The notes under the pieces: generated by a model | Database searches by the model: none | Told to the model about the DNA's origin: nothing | What the model saw: only the letters and a program-made list of their open reading frames with translations | Made by a program: the position numbers and the translations under genes | DNA from: Candidatus Gastranaerophilales bacterium | GTDB lineage: Bacteria > Cyanobacteriota > Vampirovibrionia > Gastranaerophilales > Gastranaerophilaceae | Length of the DNA: 64,000 bases | Assembly (NCBI GenBank): GCA_944323135.1 | Contig: CALURI010000013.1 | Span: 1,039 to 65,038, forward strand | Direction of reading: 5' to 3' | In this document: positions 1 to 8,527 of the stretch, one piece after another | Layout of the letters: the number at the start of each line of letters is the position of its first letter | How positions within the stretch are numbered: position 1 is the stretch's first letter

Positions 1-801
1 AAAAAACAAGCTAAAGATGCTGCTGAAGCTGCAAGTCTTATTGGTGAAGGCTTACAAGCATTTTGTGTGCCAGGTTCAGTTGGTGACACAAGAAAAGTTG
101 GTTTAGGCCATGGTAATTTGGCAGCTATGTTGTTAAGAGAAGAAACTCAATGTTTCTGCTTCTTGGCTGGTCACGAATCTTTCGCAGCTGCTGAAGGCGC
201 AATAGGTATTGCAAGAAACGCTAACAAAGTTAGAAAAAATCCTTTGAGAGTTATCTTAAACGGTTTAGGAAAAGATGCTGCTTATGTAATCTCAAGAATT
301 AACGGTTTTACATCTGTTGAAACTCAATACAATTACAAAACAGGCGAATTAAAAATCGTAAAGGAACAAAGATTCTCTGATGGTGAAAGAGGAGAAATCA
401 AATGCTATGGTGCAGATGATGTATCAGAAGGTGTTGCTATTATGATTAAAGAAGGTGTTGATGTTTCTATTACTGGTAACTCAACTAACCCAACTCGTTT
501 CCAACACCCTGTTGCAGGTACTTACAAAAAATGGTGCTGGGAAAACGGTAGAAAATACTTCTCAGTAGCATCTGGTGGTGGTACTGGTAGAACTCTTCAC
601 CCTGATAACGTTGCAGCTGGTCCTGCTTCTTACGGTATGACTGATACTATGGGTAGAATGCATGGTGATGCTCAATTCGCAGGTTCATCTTCTGTTCCTG
701 CTCACGTAGAAATGATGGGTATTATCGGTATGGGTAACAACCCAATGGTAGGTGCTACTGTTGCAGTTGCTGTTGCAGTTGATCAAGCTTTACGTAAATA
801 G
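1..801 (+). CDS. GGGtGRT-motif family protein (uncharacterised family); 5' end lies outside the window
   Basis: Frame 1 is open from base 1 (KKQAKDAAEAASLIGEG...) to TAA at 799-801. It contains the literal motif SVASGGGTGRTLHPDN. Strong GGT/GCT/GTT codon bias. A hairpin terminator follows. Confidence 0.6.
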   Translation, partial: KKQAKDAAEAASLIGEGLQAFCVPGSVGDTRKVGLGHGNLAAMLLREETQCFCFLAGHESFAAAEGAIGIARNANKVRKNPLRVILNGLGKDAAYVISRINGFTSVETQYNYKTGELKIVKEQRFSDGERGEIKCYGADDVSEGVAIMIKEGVDVSITGNSTNPTRFQHPVAGTYKKWCWENGRKYFSVASGGGTGRTLHPDNVAAGPASYGMTDTMGRMHGDAQFAGSSSVPAHVEMMGIIGMGNNPMVGATVAVAVAVDQALRK

Positions 802-822
802 TCTAAAGCAACTATAAAAGTT

Positions 823-856
823 AAAAAATCCTCCTATTTTTAGGAGGATTTTTTTT
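823..856 (+). terminator. Rho-independent terminator
   Basis: AATCCTCCTA-tttt-TAGGAGGATT stem followed by a T-run. Confidence 0.75.
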
Positions 857-903
857 GCATTTGATTTATTTAAACTTGATATCTTGATATAAAGTAAAAA
901 AAA

Positions 904-912
904 TGTTATAAT
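904..912 (+). promoter_or_regulatory. Extended -10 promoter element (TGTTATAAT) of a pilin-like gene
   Basis: TGTTATAAT lies 25 nt upstream of the ATG at 937. The same ATGTTATAAT/ATGTTATGAT context recurs upstream of the pilin genes at 25808 and 34138. Confidence 0.55.
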
Positions 913-936
913 AAAAATATTAAAGGGATTAATTGT

Positions 937-1668
937 ATGCTGATATTTAATAAGAAATTTTTTGCATTTACTTTGGCGGAAGTTTTGGTAACTTTAGGGA
1001 TTTTAGGAGTTGTTTCCGCAATGACTATGCCTACATTGATGTCAAATCATCAAAAGAAAGTTTATGCTGTTGAGATGAATAAAGTTTATAATGAGCTTCA
1101 ACAAGCATTTATGAAATATAAAAATGATCAAAATGCAGTAACTTTATCTGAGGCTGGGTTAACATCTCAGGCAACTGTAAACCAATTTTTGAAAGATTAT
1201 TTCAAAACAGTTACTGTTTGCGACAAGCTTGAGCCTCCTTGTATTCCAAATACTGAATATAAAAATTTAAGAGGTTCTTCTGTCTCGGGCGGCGGTGTTG
1301 AAAATGTTAAAAATTGGTGGGGTAATGTAAATTGTGCTATTTTAGGAAGCGGTGCAAGCATCTGCATTGAAGCTTTGTCAAACCATTCTTCTAATGGTGT
1401 TAAATGGTCACATATACTTGTTGACACAAATGGTATGAAAAAACCAAATACTGCAGGAAGGGATGTTTTCTTTATTGCATATTATGAAAACGGCACTATT
1501 GATGAAGAAGGTGTTGTTCCTGTATGTGATGCTATGAAAATATGTACATTACCGACTGATGCGGCTGATAAAAGAGAACAGTTATTTAATAATATGTGTA
1601 AATCAAGTACTCGTTTCAGAGGTTGTTTCGGAAAACTAATAAATGATAATTGGGTAATGAATTATTAA
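937..1668 (+). CDS. Type IV pilin-like / pseudopilin protein with prepilin N-terminal cleavage-methylation motif
   Basis: N-terminus MLIFNKKFFA|FTLAEVLVTLGILGVVSAMTMPTL has Glu at +5 and a hydrophobic helix. The C-terminus GKLINDNWVMNY is shared with the paralogue at 34171. Confidence 0.8.
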   Translation: MLIFNKKFFAFTLAEVLVTLGILGVVSAMTMPTLMSNHQKKVYAVEMNKVYNELQQAFMKYKNDQNAVTLSEAGLTSQATVNQFLKDYFKTVTVCDKLEPPCIPNTEYKNLRGSSVSGGGVENVKNWWGNVNCAILGSGASICIEALSNHSSNGVKWSHILVDTNGMKKPNTAGRDVFFIAYYENGTIDEEGVVPVCDAMKICTLPTDAADKREQLFNNMCKSSTRFRGCFGKLINDNWVMNY

Positions 1669-1690
1669 CTAAATTTCGAATTAATAAATT

Positions 1691-4657
1691 TTATATTTTA
1701 ATGTTATTCATTACACAAAAAGTTGAAAGAGCTTTTGATGCTTGTTTAAGTTCTTTGAATACAGAATTATTTTTGGTTTGGACAATAACTTCTTCTGCTT
1801 GTGAATACATTTTTTGTGCAGCTTCAAGGTATTCTGTTTGTTGAGGAGATCTTACAAGTCCAAGTTCTTGAAAATATTTGCCATATAAAATATAAAGTCT
1901 TGAAAGAAGTTCATTAAGGTTGTATCTTTTTGCCAGAGCAATTGCTGTTTCCAGATTAATTTTTGCGGTTTCAAAATCAGAAGTTGTAATTGCGCATTGT
2001 GCAATTGTCATCCTAAATAGAATTATAAAGAAATAATTATCTATTTTAGGATTTTGAGCAACTTCAAGAGCTTGTTCAGCAATTTCAAGAGCGTTTTCCG
2101 GCCCTTCAGTCACGAGTGTTGCATCTGCAATTAAATACCAAGTTAAAAGTGCTCCTACTGCCATTTTTTCTTTTGCAAAATAAGCTATTTGATCGTTATA
2201 AATTTCGATTGCTTGTTTTGTATTGTCATTATCTTTAAATACTTTACCAAGAAGTGTTTTTAAAATATTTTTTGTAAAATTATCTCCGTTATTATTCGCA
2301 AATGTTACTATTTGGAATAAATCTTCTTGAATACCGTTATATTGTTTTCTGAAGAAATTATTTATTATGTTTATGAAATTCCATTTTAAAATGGTTTCAT
2401 TATCCATAATATTTTCACGGTATGATTTTAAAACTTCTTCAAGCATTTGTTCTGAAGCTTTAAAGTTCCCTTTCATAGTATTTGCATAGGCAAGTGTAAG
2501 TTTACATTTACATATAAATAATTCATCTTGAATTTGATTTCTTTCAATAATGTCGAAAAGTATTGTTAAAATTTCAAAAGATCTGTCATTCCCTTGCATT
2601 ACAAGCGCATTTGCAAGAATCAGATAGATTTTAAGCCAGTTTTCGTACATGAATATAAATTGCGGATCTTTAACATTGTGTTTTTTATTAAAATACTGAT
2701 CCAAAACAGGCATAATTTCGTTATCTATCATATTAATAACCTGTCCGCAATTTCCGATATTTAAAAGTGCATTTAATTTTGTTATTTTAACAAGAACTGC
2801 TTCTAAGGTATTTTCAGGTTTAATCTTACTTAATACGGAATCTACACATTCAACTTCTCCAAAATAATTTCCGGTTTTTCTGCAGCAAAATGACAAATAT
2901 GCAAGCAGTTCTATTTCTTTTGGACTGTCACCGACAGCTTGGGCATTTGAGATAGCATCAGGCAGGTATTCTATTGCTTCAATAGGATTTGAATTAGCAA
3001 GAAGTTTACCTAGTCTTTCCGAGATATTATATCTTATTTTTAATGTTTGGCTTTCATCAAATTCATTAATTAATGCGAGTGATTGTTTTTGTGATATTGC
3101 ATATAAATTCATATCACCTATATATGATGCAAAACGGGTATTTTTAGTCCATATATCAAGTGCTAATCTTGTCTCTTTAAGGTTTTGTGCGATAATAGCC
3201 AGTATTGCATTTGAGTTAAGTGTAAATTCTTTTAAATATTTGAAAATTCTTTTATTTATTTGAGCGTAATGAATATCATTTTTTGCAGTTTTTACAATAG
3301 TTTCCCACAGCATAAGAGAGCTGAATTCACAATATATATCATTTAAAGGAGTTATATAATCCATTTTTTTCAAATAAATCATAATCTCTCTAAATTTTGT
3401 ATCATCTATTTCAAATATTTCTTTTATAAGATTCATATTGATTTTATCGCCAATCATGGCAGAACCCAGAAGTATGTCATAAGCAACGGGGTTAAGATGT
3501 GATAGTAACGACAGCCTGAATTCCAAAAGACCTGCAAAACTTGTTGCAATTTCAAATTCTGTTCCGCTTAATTGGCAGTCGAAGCATAAATCAAGAGCGT
3601 GATTTATATACGATGGATTTCCTTTACTTATTTTATAAATTTCTTCTAGTTCAAAAATATTTAAATTTGGAAAACCTTCAATTTTGTTTGTTTTTTGTTC
3701 AACAAGCATGTTTATTTGCTTGAATTCTAATGGCGCAATGCCGACATCAAGATATATATTGTCATCTTTAACTTGCGGGAAGTAAAAATATCCTTTAGCT
3801 GGTTTTGATTCGTTATATAGTAAAAGCAATTTTAAATTGTCCCAAACATTGTCTTTTTGTATATAACGGCTTATAAATTCATAAGAAAATCCGTCAATAA
3901 AATCAAAATTATCTATTACAAATATAAATTTTCCTGTAGATGTTATCTTGTCAAATATTTTGTTTATAAAAGTGAAAGTATTGTGCTTTGAAGACAATAT
4001 ATCTTCAAATTTTCCTTCTTTGGCAGGATAGAGAAAATTGATTAAATCAAATATTTCATTATTATCAAGTTCCGGAAATTCATTTTTCAAAAATTTGGAG
4101 GCATCTTTTTTAAACTGCAAATTTGCAAGGCAAAAATTCGGTAAATTAAACAGATTTAATAATATATCTTGAATAAGTCCGCCTGGTGTAATTTGAGTAA
4201 TAGGTGTACATTTACCGTAAAGCCAAGAATAGTTTTTGTTATTAAAATCATGCATTAATGCTTTTAAAACAACAGTTTTACCTATTCCTTTTTCACCGTT
4301 TAAAGAAAATATTTTTTTATCTTTAGATAAAATACCTTTAACAAGGATATTTTTAGCATTTTGTTGTGAAACAAGATTTGACGGATATTCAAGTTTAATT
4401 TCCTTATGATTGTCAGTTTCAGGGGAAATTTTGGAAAAAGTATAACCGCATTTTCTGCATTTTTCTACATTAGGAAAATTAACGCTGTTGCAATTTGGAC
4501 AAATACGTAAGATTTCATTGCCGCAGTTTTTGCACTTAAAATCAAAAATTGAATTAACCGTATTACAATTTTTACAGATTAAACCTGTACGGGTTTTGCA
4601 ATACGGACACTTCAGAACATTGTCAGGAATTGTTTTTTTGCATATTGGACATTTCAT
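1691..4657 (-). CDS. Zinc-ribbon / P-loop NTPase / helical-repeat (STAND-like) protein
   Basis: There are 8 CxxC pairs in the first ~72 aa (CPICKK..CPYCK, CKNC..CKNCG, CPNC..CRKCG). Walker A is GEKGIGKT. A Walker-B-like FIFVIDNFDFID is present. About 650 aa of TPR-like helical repeats follow. It is the last gene of the operon with 4671-5267 and 5280-8339. Confidence 0.75.
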   Translation of the reverse strand: MKCPICKKTIPDNVLKCPYCKTRTGLICKNCNTVNSIFDFKCKNCGNEILRICPNCNSVNFPNVEKCRKCGYTFSKISPETDNHKEIKLEYPSNLVSQQNAKNILVKGILSKDKKIFSLNGEKGIGKTVVLKALMHDFNNKNYSWLYGKCTPITQITPGGLIQDILLNLFNLPNFCLANLQFKKDASKFLKNEFPELDNNEIFDLINFLYPAKEGKFEDILSSKHNTFTFINKIFDKITSTGKFIFVIDNFDFIDGFSYEFISRYIQKDNVWDNLKLLLLYNESKPAKGYFYFPQVKDDNIYLDVGIAPLEFKQINMLVEQKTNKIEGFPNLNIFELEEIYKISKGNPSYINHALDLCFDCQLSGTEFEIATSFAGLLEFRLSLLSHLNPVAYDILLGSAMIGDKINMNLIKEIFEIDDTKFREIMIYLKKMDYITPLNDIYCEFSSLMLWETIVKTAKNDIHYAQINKRIFKYLKEFTLNSNAILAIIAQNLKETRLALDIWTKNTRFASYIGDMNLYAISQKQSLALINEFDESQTLKIRYNISERLGKLLANSNPIEAIEYLPDAISNAQAVGDSPKEIELLAYLSFCCRKTGNYFGEVECVDSVLSKIKPENTLEAVLVKITKLNALLNIGNCGQVINMIDNEIMPVLDQYFNKKHNVKDPQFIFMYENWLKIYLILANALVMQGNDRSFEILTILFDIIERNQIQDELFICKCKLTLAYANTMKGNFKASEQMLEEVLKSYRENIMDNETILKWNFINIINNFFRKQYNGIQEDLFQIVTFANNNGDNFTKNILKTLLGKVFKDNDNTKQAIEIYNDQIAYFAKEKMAVGALLTWYLIADATLVTEGPENALEIAEQALEVAQNPKIDNYFFIILFRMTIAQCAITTSDFETAKINLETAIALAKRYNLNELLSRLYILYGKYFQELGLVRSPQQTEYLEAAQKMYSQAEEVIVQTKNNSVFKELKQASKALSTFCVMNNIKI

Positions 4658-4670
4658 TATATTAAAAATC

Positions 4671-5267
4671 CTAATTAAATGTCTGTTTTACTTTTTCCAT
4701 CAGCTTGAATAATCTTTTAGAAACCTCTGATTGAGATAGTGACAATTCTTCTGCTATTTCTTTTTGAGTCATACCTTTTTCATATCTTAAATCATATAAT
4801 TTAAGATAATTTTTTTCAGGTTCTTTTTCATCAATTTCGTAAACAGAATTAACAATAAGCTGTAAGATTTCTTTTTTTACGGCGTAATCTTCCGGCGTAT
4901 CTTGAATTGATACAGCATCATAATTTACATCAATTTTAGAATAATCAGGTATACTTGATTCTACTATAGATTCAAGAGGTACGGTATTGGAAGACATATA
5001 TCCGCTTTTACTTCTTCTTAACCTGCCTTCATTTTTAAGAACATTTAAAATTGATGTTGTTGCAATCTTTTTCAAATATGCTTCGAGTGTTACGTCTGAT
5101 GTAACAGTTTTTACAATCAAAAGTGAACGTTTGCAAGTTTCATTAAAAAAGTCATCGTACAAATCTTCGTTATTTGTAAATTTTCTATCGCTTTTAATTA
5201 TTTTTTCTATTAAATCTATTTTATCTTGAGCTAATTCCACGTTTAAGGTTCCTTTTATTCTTACCAC
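4671..5267 (-). CDS. Sigma-70 family RNA polymerase sigma factor (ECF-like size)
   Basis: 198 aa. The C-terminal region-4-type HTH is GMTQKEIAEELSLSQSEVSKRLFKLMEKVK. The N-terminal part is region-2-like. Gaps to the flanking genes are 12 and 13 nt. Confidence 0.6.
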   Translation of the reverse strand: MVRIKGTLNVELAQDKIDLIEKIIKSDRKFTNNEDLYDDFFNETCKRSLLIVKTVTSDVTLEAYLKKIATTSILNVLKNEGRLRRSKSGYMSSNTVPLESIVESSIPDYSKIDVNYDAVSIQDTPEDYAVKKEILQLIVNSVYEIDEKEPEKNYLKLYDLRYEKGMTQKEIAEELSLSQSEVSKRLFKLMEKVKQTFN

Positions 5268-5279
5268 ATTATAGCATAA

Positions 5280-8200
5280 TTAAAAGTATATGATAAGACT
5301 TAAATTGAAATCAGGGGTCTTAATCTCACTGCTAGGCGGTTTTACGACACTTAATGTATTTTTAACAGATTGTAACACAATGTTATCAATTTGTGTTGAG
5401 CCACTGCTGGAAACAATTTTTGAATCTAAAATATTTCCGTCTTTACTTAATTTTAAGCTAACTTTTACCTGATTTGTATATGCATATTCATTTGCAAGCA
5501 GTAAATCTGCAGAAAGTGATAATTTTATACTTTTACCTGCTGTTCTAAAATAATTTTGCATTTTAGGATTATATGAAAGAGTGTTTGGTACATCCCATAC
5601 GAGTTTATTTACATCCATATATGCACTTGTTTTATTTTGTTTTGGTTTAAGCGCTGTATTTTTTAATTCTTTAGTTGTTTGATTTGTTGCTATTGTTTCT
5701 TTTACGTTATTATTATTTAAATCAGGAACATTGGTTGCAAGTGTATTTGATTCAGCAGAAGTCGGTTCTGTAGAAGCCGATTCTGATAGAGGGCTTTCAT
5801 TGACTTCAGCTCCTGTATTTTGTGATGTAATAGGTTCTATATCACCAATAGTATCATCTTTTGGCTTTAATATCATAACTGCTGATGCTGCTGCTATAAT
5901 TGTGATTAAAGCAGTGGTAATCAGTATTGCACCTTTATTATTGCGTGATTTTTTATTGTACAGAGCTGCTCCAGGAATATTTTGCATCTGATTTTCATCA
6001 ATTGGTTCTTGTTCTTCTGAATTAAACTCTTCCATATTGTCAAGTTCTGCATCTGTTACAGGATCAGTATCATTAAATAAGACCCCTATGTTATCATTTT
6101 CAGAGTCGACAGGTTGATTATCATCATCATTATTTAGGAGTTCATCAATTGATGTATCATCAGTATTTTCAGCAGAATCCAAATTTCCAGATATAGAAGG
6201 CATATCATCTTCTAATTCAGGAGTATCTGTTAATTCTGATATTTCCGGAATTGAATCAAAATCTTCACTTGAAATATTTTCGTTACTTTCTTCTAATCCA
6301 TTTTCATCTTGTGTGTTTTCAGCTATAGCATAAGATTTATCAGATGATGTTAAAATATCATCAACTTGAGATAATAAATCATTAGAAGATATGTTTTCTG
6401 CATTTTTTTGAGTTATTTCAGTATTATCAAGATTTAAATTTTCTATTGATATATCATCAAGATTTTCAGATGATAAATTTTCAAGAAGGTTTTTACCAAA
6501 GCCTTCATTATTTGTTGATGGAATATCTTCTGCCGGTAATGTATCTTCTACTATTTCCGGTTCTTGATTTAGTGGTTCCGAATTAGTTTCAGTAGTGGAA
6601 ATAATATTATCTGGAGTGATTTCTTCATTAATTCCCGTATTATTTTCAAGATTTTCTGTTAAGTCGGTTGTATCCGGTTGTTCTTCTAAATTATTATTTT
6701 CCGGCAGATTTGTTTCTTCTTCTATATTATCCAGTGTTAATGTATCATCAAGAAAGTCATCCATTTCTTCATTTTCATTAATAATTTTATCAGTGTTTGC
6801 TTCTTCTTTGCTTTCTTTTTCATTGTCGAAAGATTCAAATGAAATGGTTTCTTCTTGATAATTTTCTTCCTTGTCTTGGGAGATATTTTCTTGTTGAATA
6901 TTATCAAAAGAAATCACATTATCAACTGTATCAATGTTGGAGGAATCTATTTCTGGGATATTATTTGAAATATCAATATTATCTAAAGATATTGTTTCAT
7001 CTGAGAAATTTTCTTCACTGTTAAGAGGTGTGACATCAGATATGTTTATATTATCTAAAGATATTTTTTCTTCATTTAAATTTAATGGAGCAGGTTCTTC
7101 TAAAGATTTTTCAATATCCGGTACATCGTTGAAAGAAATTTTATTGTCAATAGAGTCAATATAGTCAGTTTGTACGGTATTTTCAGGTATTTCAACATCA
7201 TTTAAAGATATTGGGTCTTCTTGGAAAGTTTCTTCAGAAGTTTCTATATTGTCAAGTTCAGTAGTGTCAATATTTTCAAATGAAATAGATTCATTATCTT
7301 CAATATTTGATGTATTTGCTGATAATTCAGAATCCCCGTCAGGTAAATCAGTGAAATCTAGTGCAGTTTCTGCTAAATCAACACTTTTATCAATAGTATT
7401 AAAAATTTCATCTGCCGCTTGAGCACCTGCAATTGCTGCAGCTCCCTCGATAGCTGTTTCTGCAATATCTGATATAATATTGTCAGTGTTTGCGTTATTA
7501 AACTCTTTGTGGCTTTCAACAGATTGTTCAGAAGTAAGATTTTCAATATCTTCAAGATTGCTTATTGCTTCTTGTGTATTTGTTTCTGTCAAATTTTCAA
7601 TTTCATTGGCAGATAATTTTTCTTCTATATTTTTACGATCAATTTTTGGATCTGTCATTGCTTTATATGAAAGTGTTTCAAAATTTTCATATTCTAAAAA
7701 TCTGTCTCTTAATTCAGCACTTTTCGTAAGTTGTTGAATTAAATATTTTTTATCGTTTTCAGAAATATCATTATCAGCCATTGCGATAATAATGCGTTCA
7801 GAATTTGTCAATTCTTCATCTGATAATTTTTCTGATGTACTGCCTTTGAAAGATTCAATATAATGTTTTAAATCTTTCACTGAATTTAATTTTTCTTTTT
7901 CAATAAAATAATATTTGTCATTAGCATTATTTTTATTTATAAGTTTAGGTTCGAAGAATCCTAAAAATTTCACATGAGAAAAATCTTTTGCAAGGTTTAA
8001 TACAAGGTAAATATCGGGAACAAGATTATATTCAAAATGAGATTTAGGAATAAATATTACATTTTCATCAAAAACAACTCTTACATCAATGTGAATATTC
8101 GGGAGCATTATATCAGAAATGTCTATTTCTTCAAGAATTTTTTTAATTGAATGGATATTGTGTATATTTGAAATGTCAATATTTTCTGCTGCAAGATATT

Positions 8201-8339
8201 TTAATGCAAGCTCTGCTCCTAGAGTATTTATATATGCTCTGTTTTTAGTATCTTTGTGTGCAAATGCGTTAGCTGCAACGCTTGCATCATGTTTATCCTG
8301 ATTTTCAATGTAAATTAATGTATCTTGTTCTGTAACCAT
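5280..8339 (-). CDS. Giant acidic single-pass membrane protein with a TonB-C-terminal-like domain (possible anti-sigma-like partner)
   Basis: 1019 aa. Layout: ~190-aa N-terminal globular part, ~600 aa of D/E/N/S-rich low complexity with ISLDNI-type repeats, a TM helix GAILITTALITIIAAASAVMIL (aa ~803-824), and a C-terminus VKVSLKLSKDGNILDSKIVSSSGSTQIDNIVLQSV..KPP. That C-terminus parallels the TonB C-terminus in this window (LLFKIAKDGRLLSCSVFKSSGLPGADKAAINAV). Confidence 0.6.
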   Translation of the reverse strand: MVTEQDTLIYIENQDKHDASVAANAFAHKDTKNRAYINTLGAELALKYLAAENIDISNIHNIHSIKKILEEIDISDIMLPNIHIDVRVVFDENVIFIPKSHFEYNLVPDIYLVLNLAKDFSHVKFLGFFEPKLINKNNANDKYYFIEKEKLNSVKDLKHYIESFKGSTSEKLSDEELTNSERIIIAMADNDISENDKKYLIQQLTKSAELRDRFLEYENFETLSYKAMTDPKIDRKNIEEKLSANEIENLTETNTQEAISNLEDIENLTSEQSVESHKEFNNANTDNIISDIAETAIEGAAAIAGAQAADEIFNTIDKSVDLAETALDFTDLPDGDSELSANTSNIEDNESISFENIDTTELDNIETSEETFQEDPISLNDVEIPENTVQTDYIDSIDNKISFNDVPDIEKSLEEPAPLNLNEEKISLDNINISDVTPLNSEENFSDETISLDNIDISNNIPEIDSSNIDTVDNVISFDNIQQENISQDKEENYQEETISFESFDNEKESKEEANTDKIINENEEMDDFLDDTLTLDNIEEETNLPENNNLEEQPDTTDLTENLENNTGINEEITPDNIISTTETNSEPLNQEPEIVEDTLPAEDIPSTNNEGFGKNLLENLSSENLDDISIENLNLDNTEITQKNAENISSNDLLSQVDDILTSSDKSYAIAENTQDENGLEESNENISSEDFDSIPEISELTDTPELEDDMPSISGNLDSAENTDDTSIDELLNNDDDNQPVDSENDNIGVLFNDTDPVTDAELDNMEEFNSEEQEPIDENQMQNIPGAALYNKKSRNNKGAILITTALITIIAAASAVMILKPKDDTIGDIEPITSQNTGAEVNESPLSESASTEPTSAESNTLATNVPDLNNNNVKETIATNQTTKELKNTALKPKQNKTSAYMDVNKLVWDVPNTLSYNPKMQNYFRTAGKSIKLSLSADLLLANEYAYTNQVKVSLKLSKDGNILDSKIVSSSGSTQIDNIVLQSVKNTLSVVKPPSSEIKTPDFNLSLIIYF

Positions 8340-8527
8340 GCTATTTCTCCTATTCTATATAATAAGATGACATTCAATTAAAAAATATTCCAATTATTTT
8401 GTAAATTTTTGTAACAATTGTTGAAAAAGTTTTAATTTTTAGACAAAATTAATTTATCAGTCGTTTTTTTTATAATGTGAAATTGAATTATTTTGAAAAG
8501 TGTGTAATATAAAAGGAGGTTTCCAAA

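Noticed and set aside
5290-8301. Many plus-strand ORFs in the track lie inside the 1019-aa minus-strand gene: 5290-5472, 5731-5991, 6595-6858, 6797-7024, 6934-7164, 7480-7737 and 8119-8301. The minus-strand ORF 7373-7555 is a similar case.
   Set aside because: They are antisense or off-frame readings of a low-complexity acidic gene. They have Ser/Leu/Phe-rich compositions, no RBS and no recognisable motifs.
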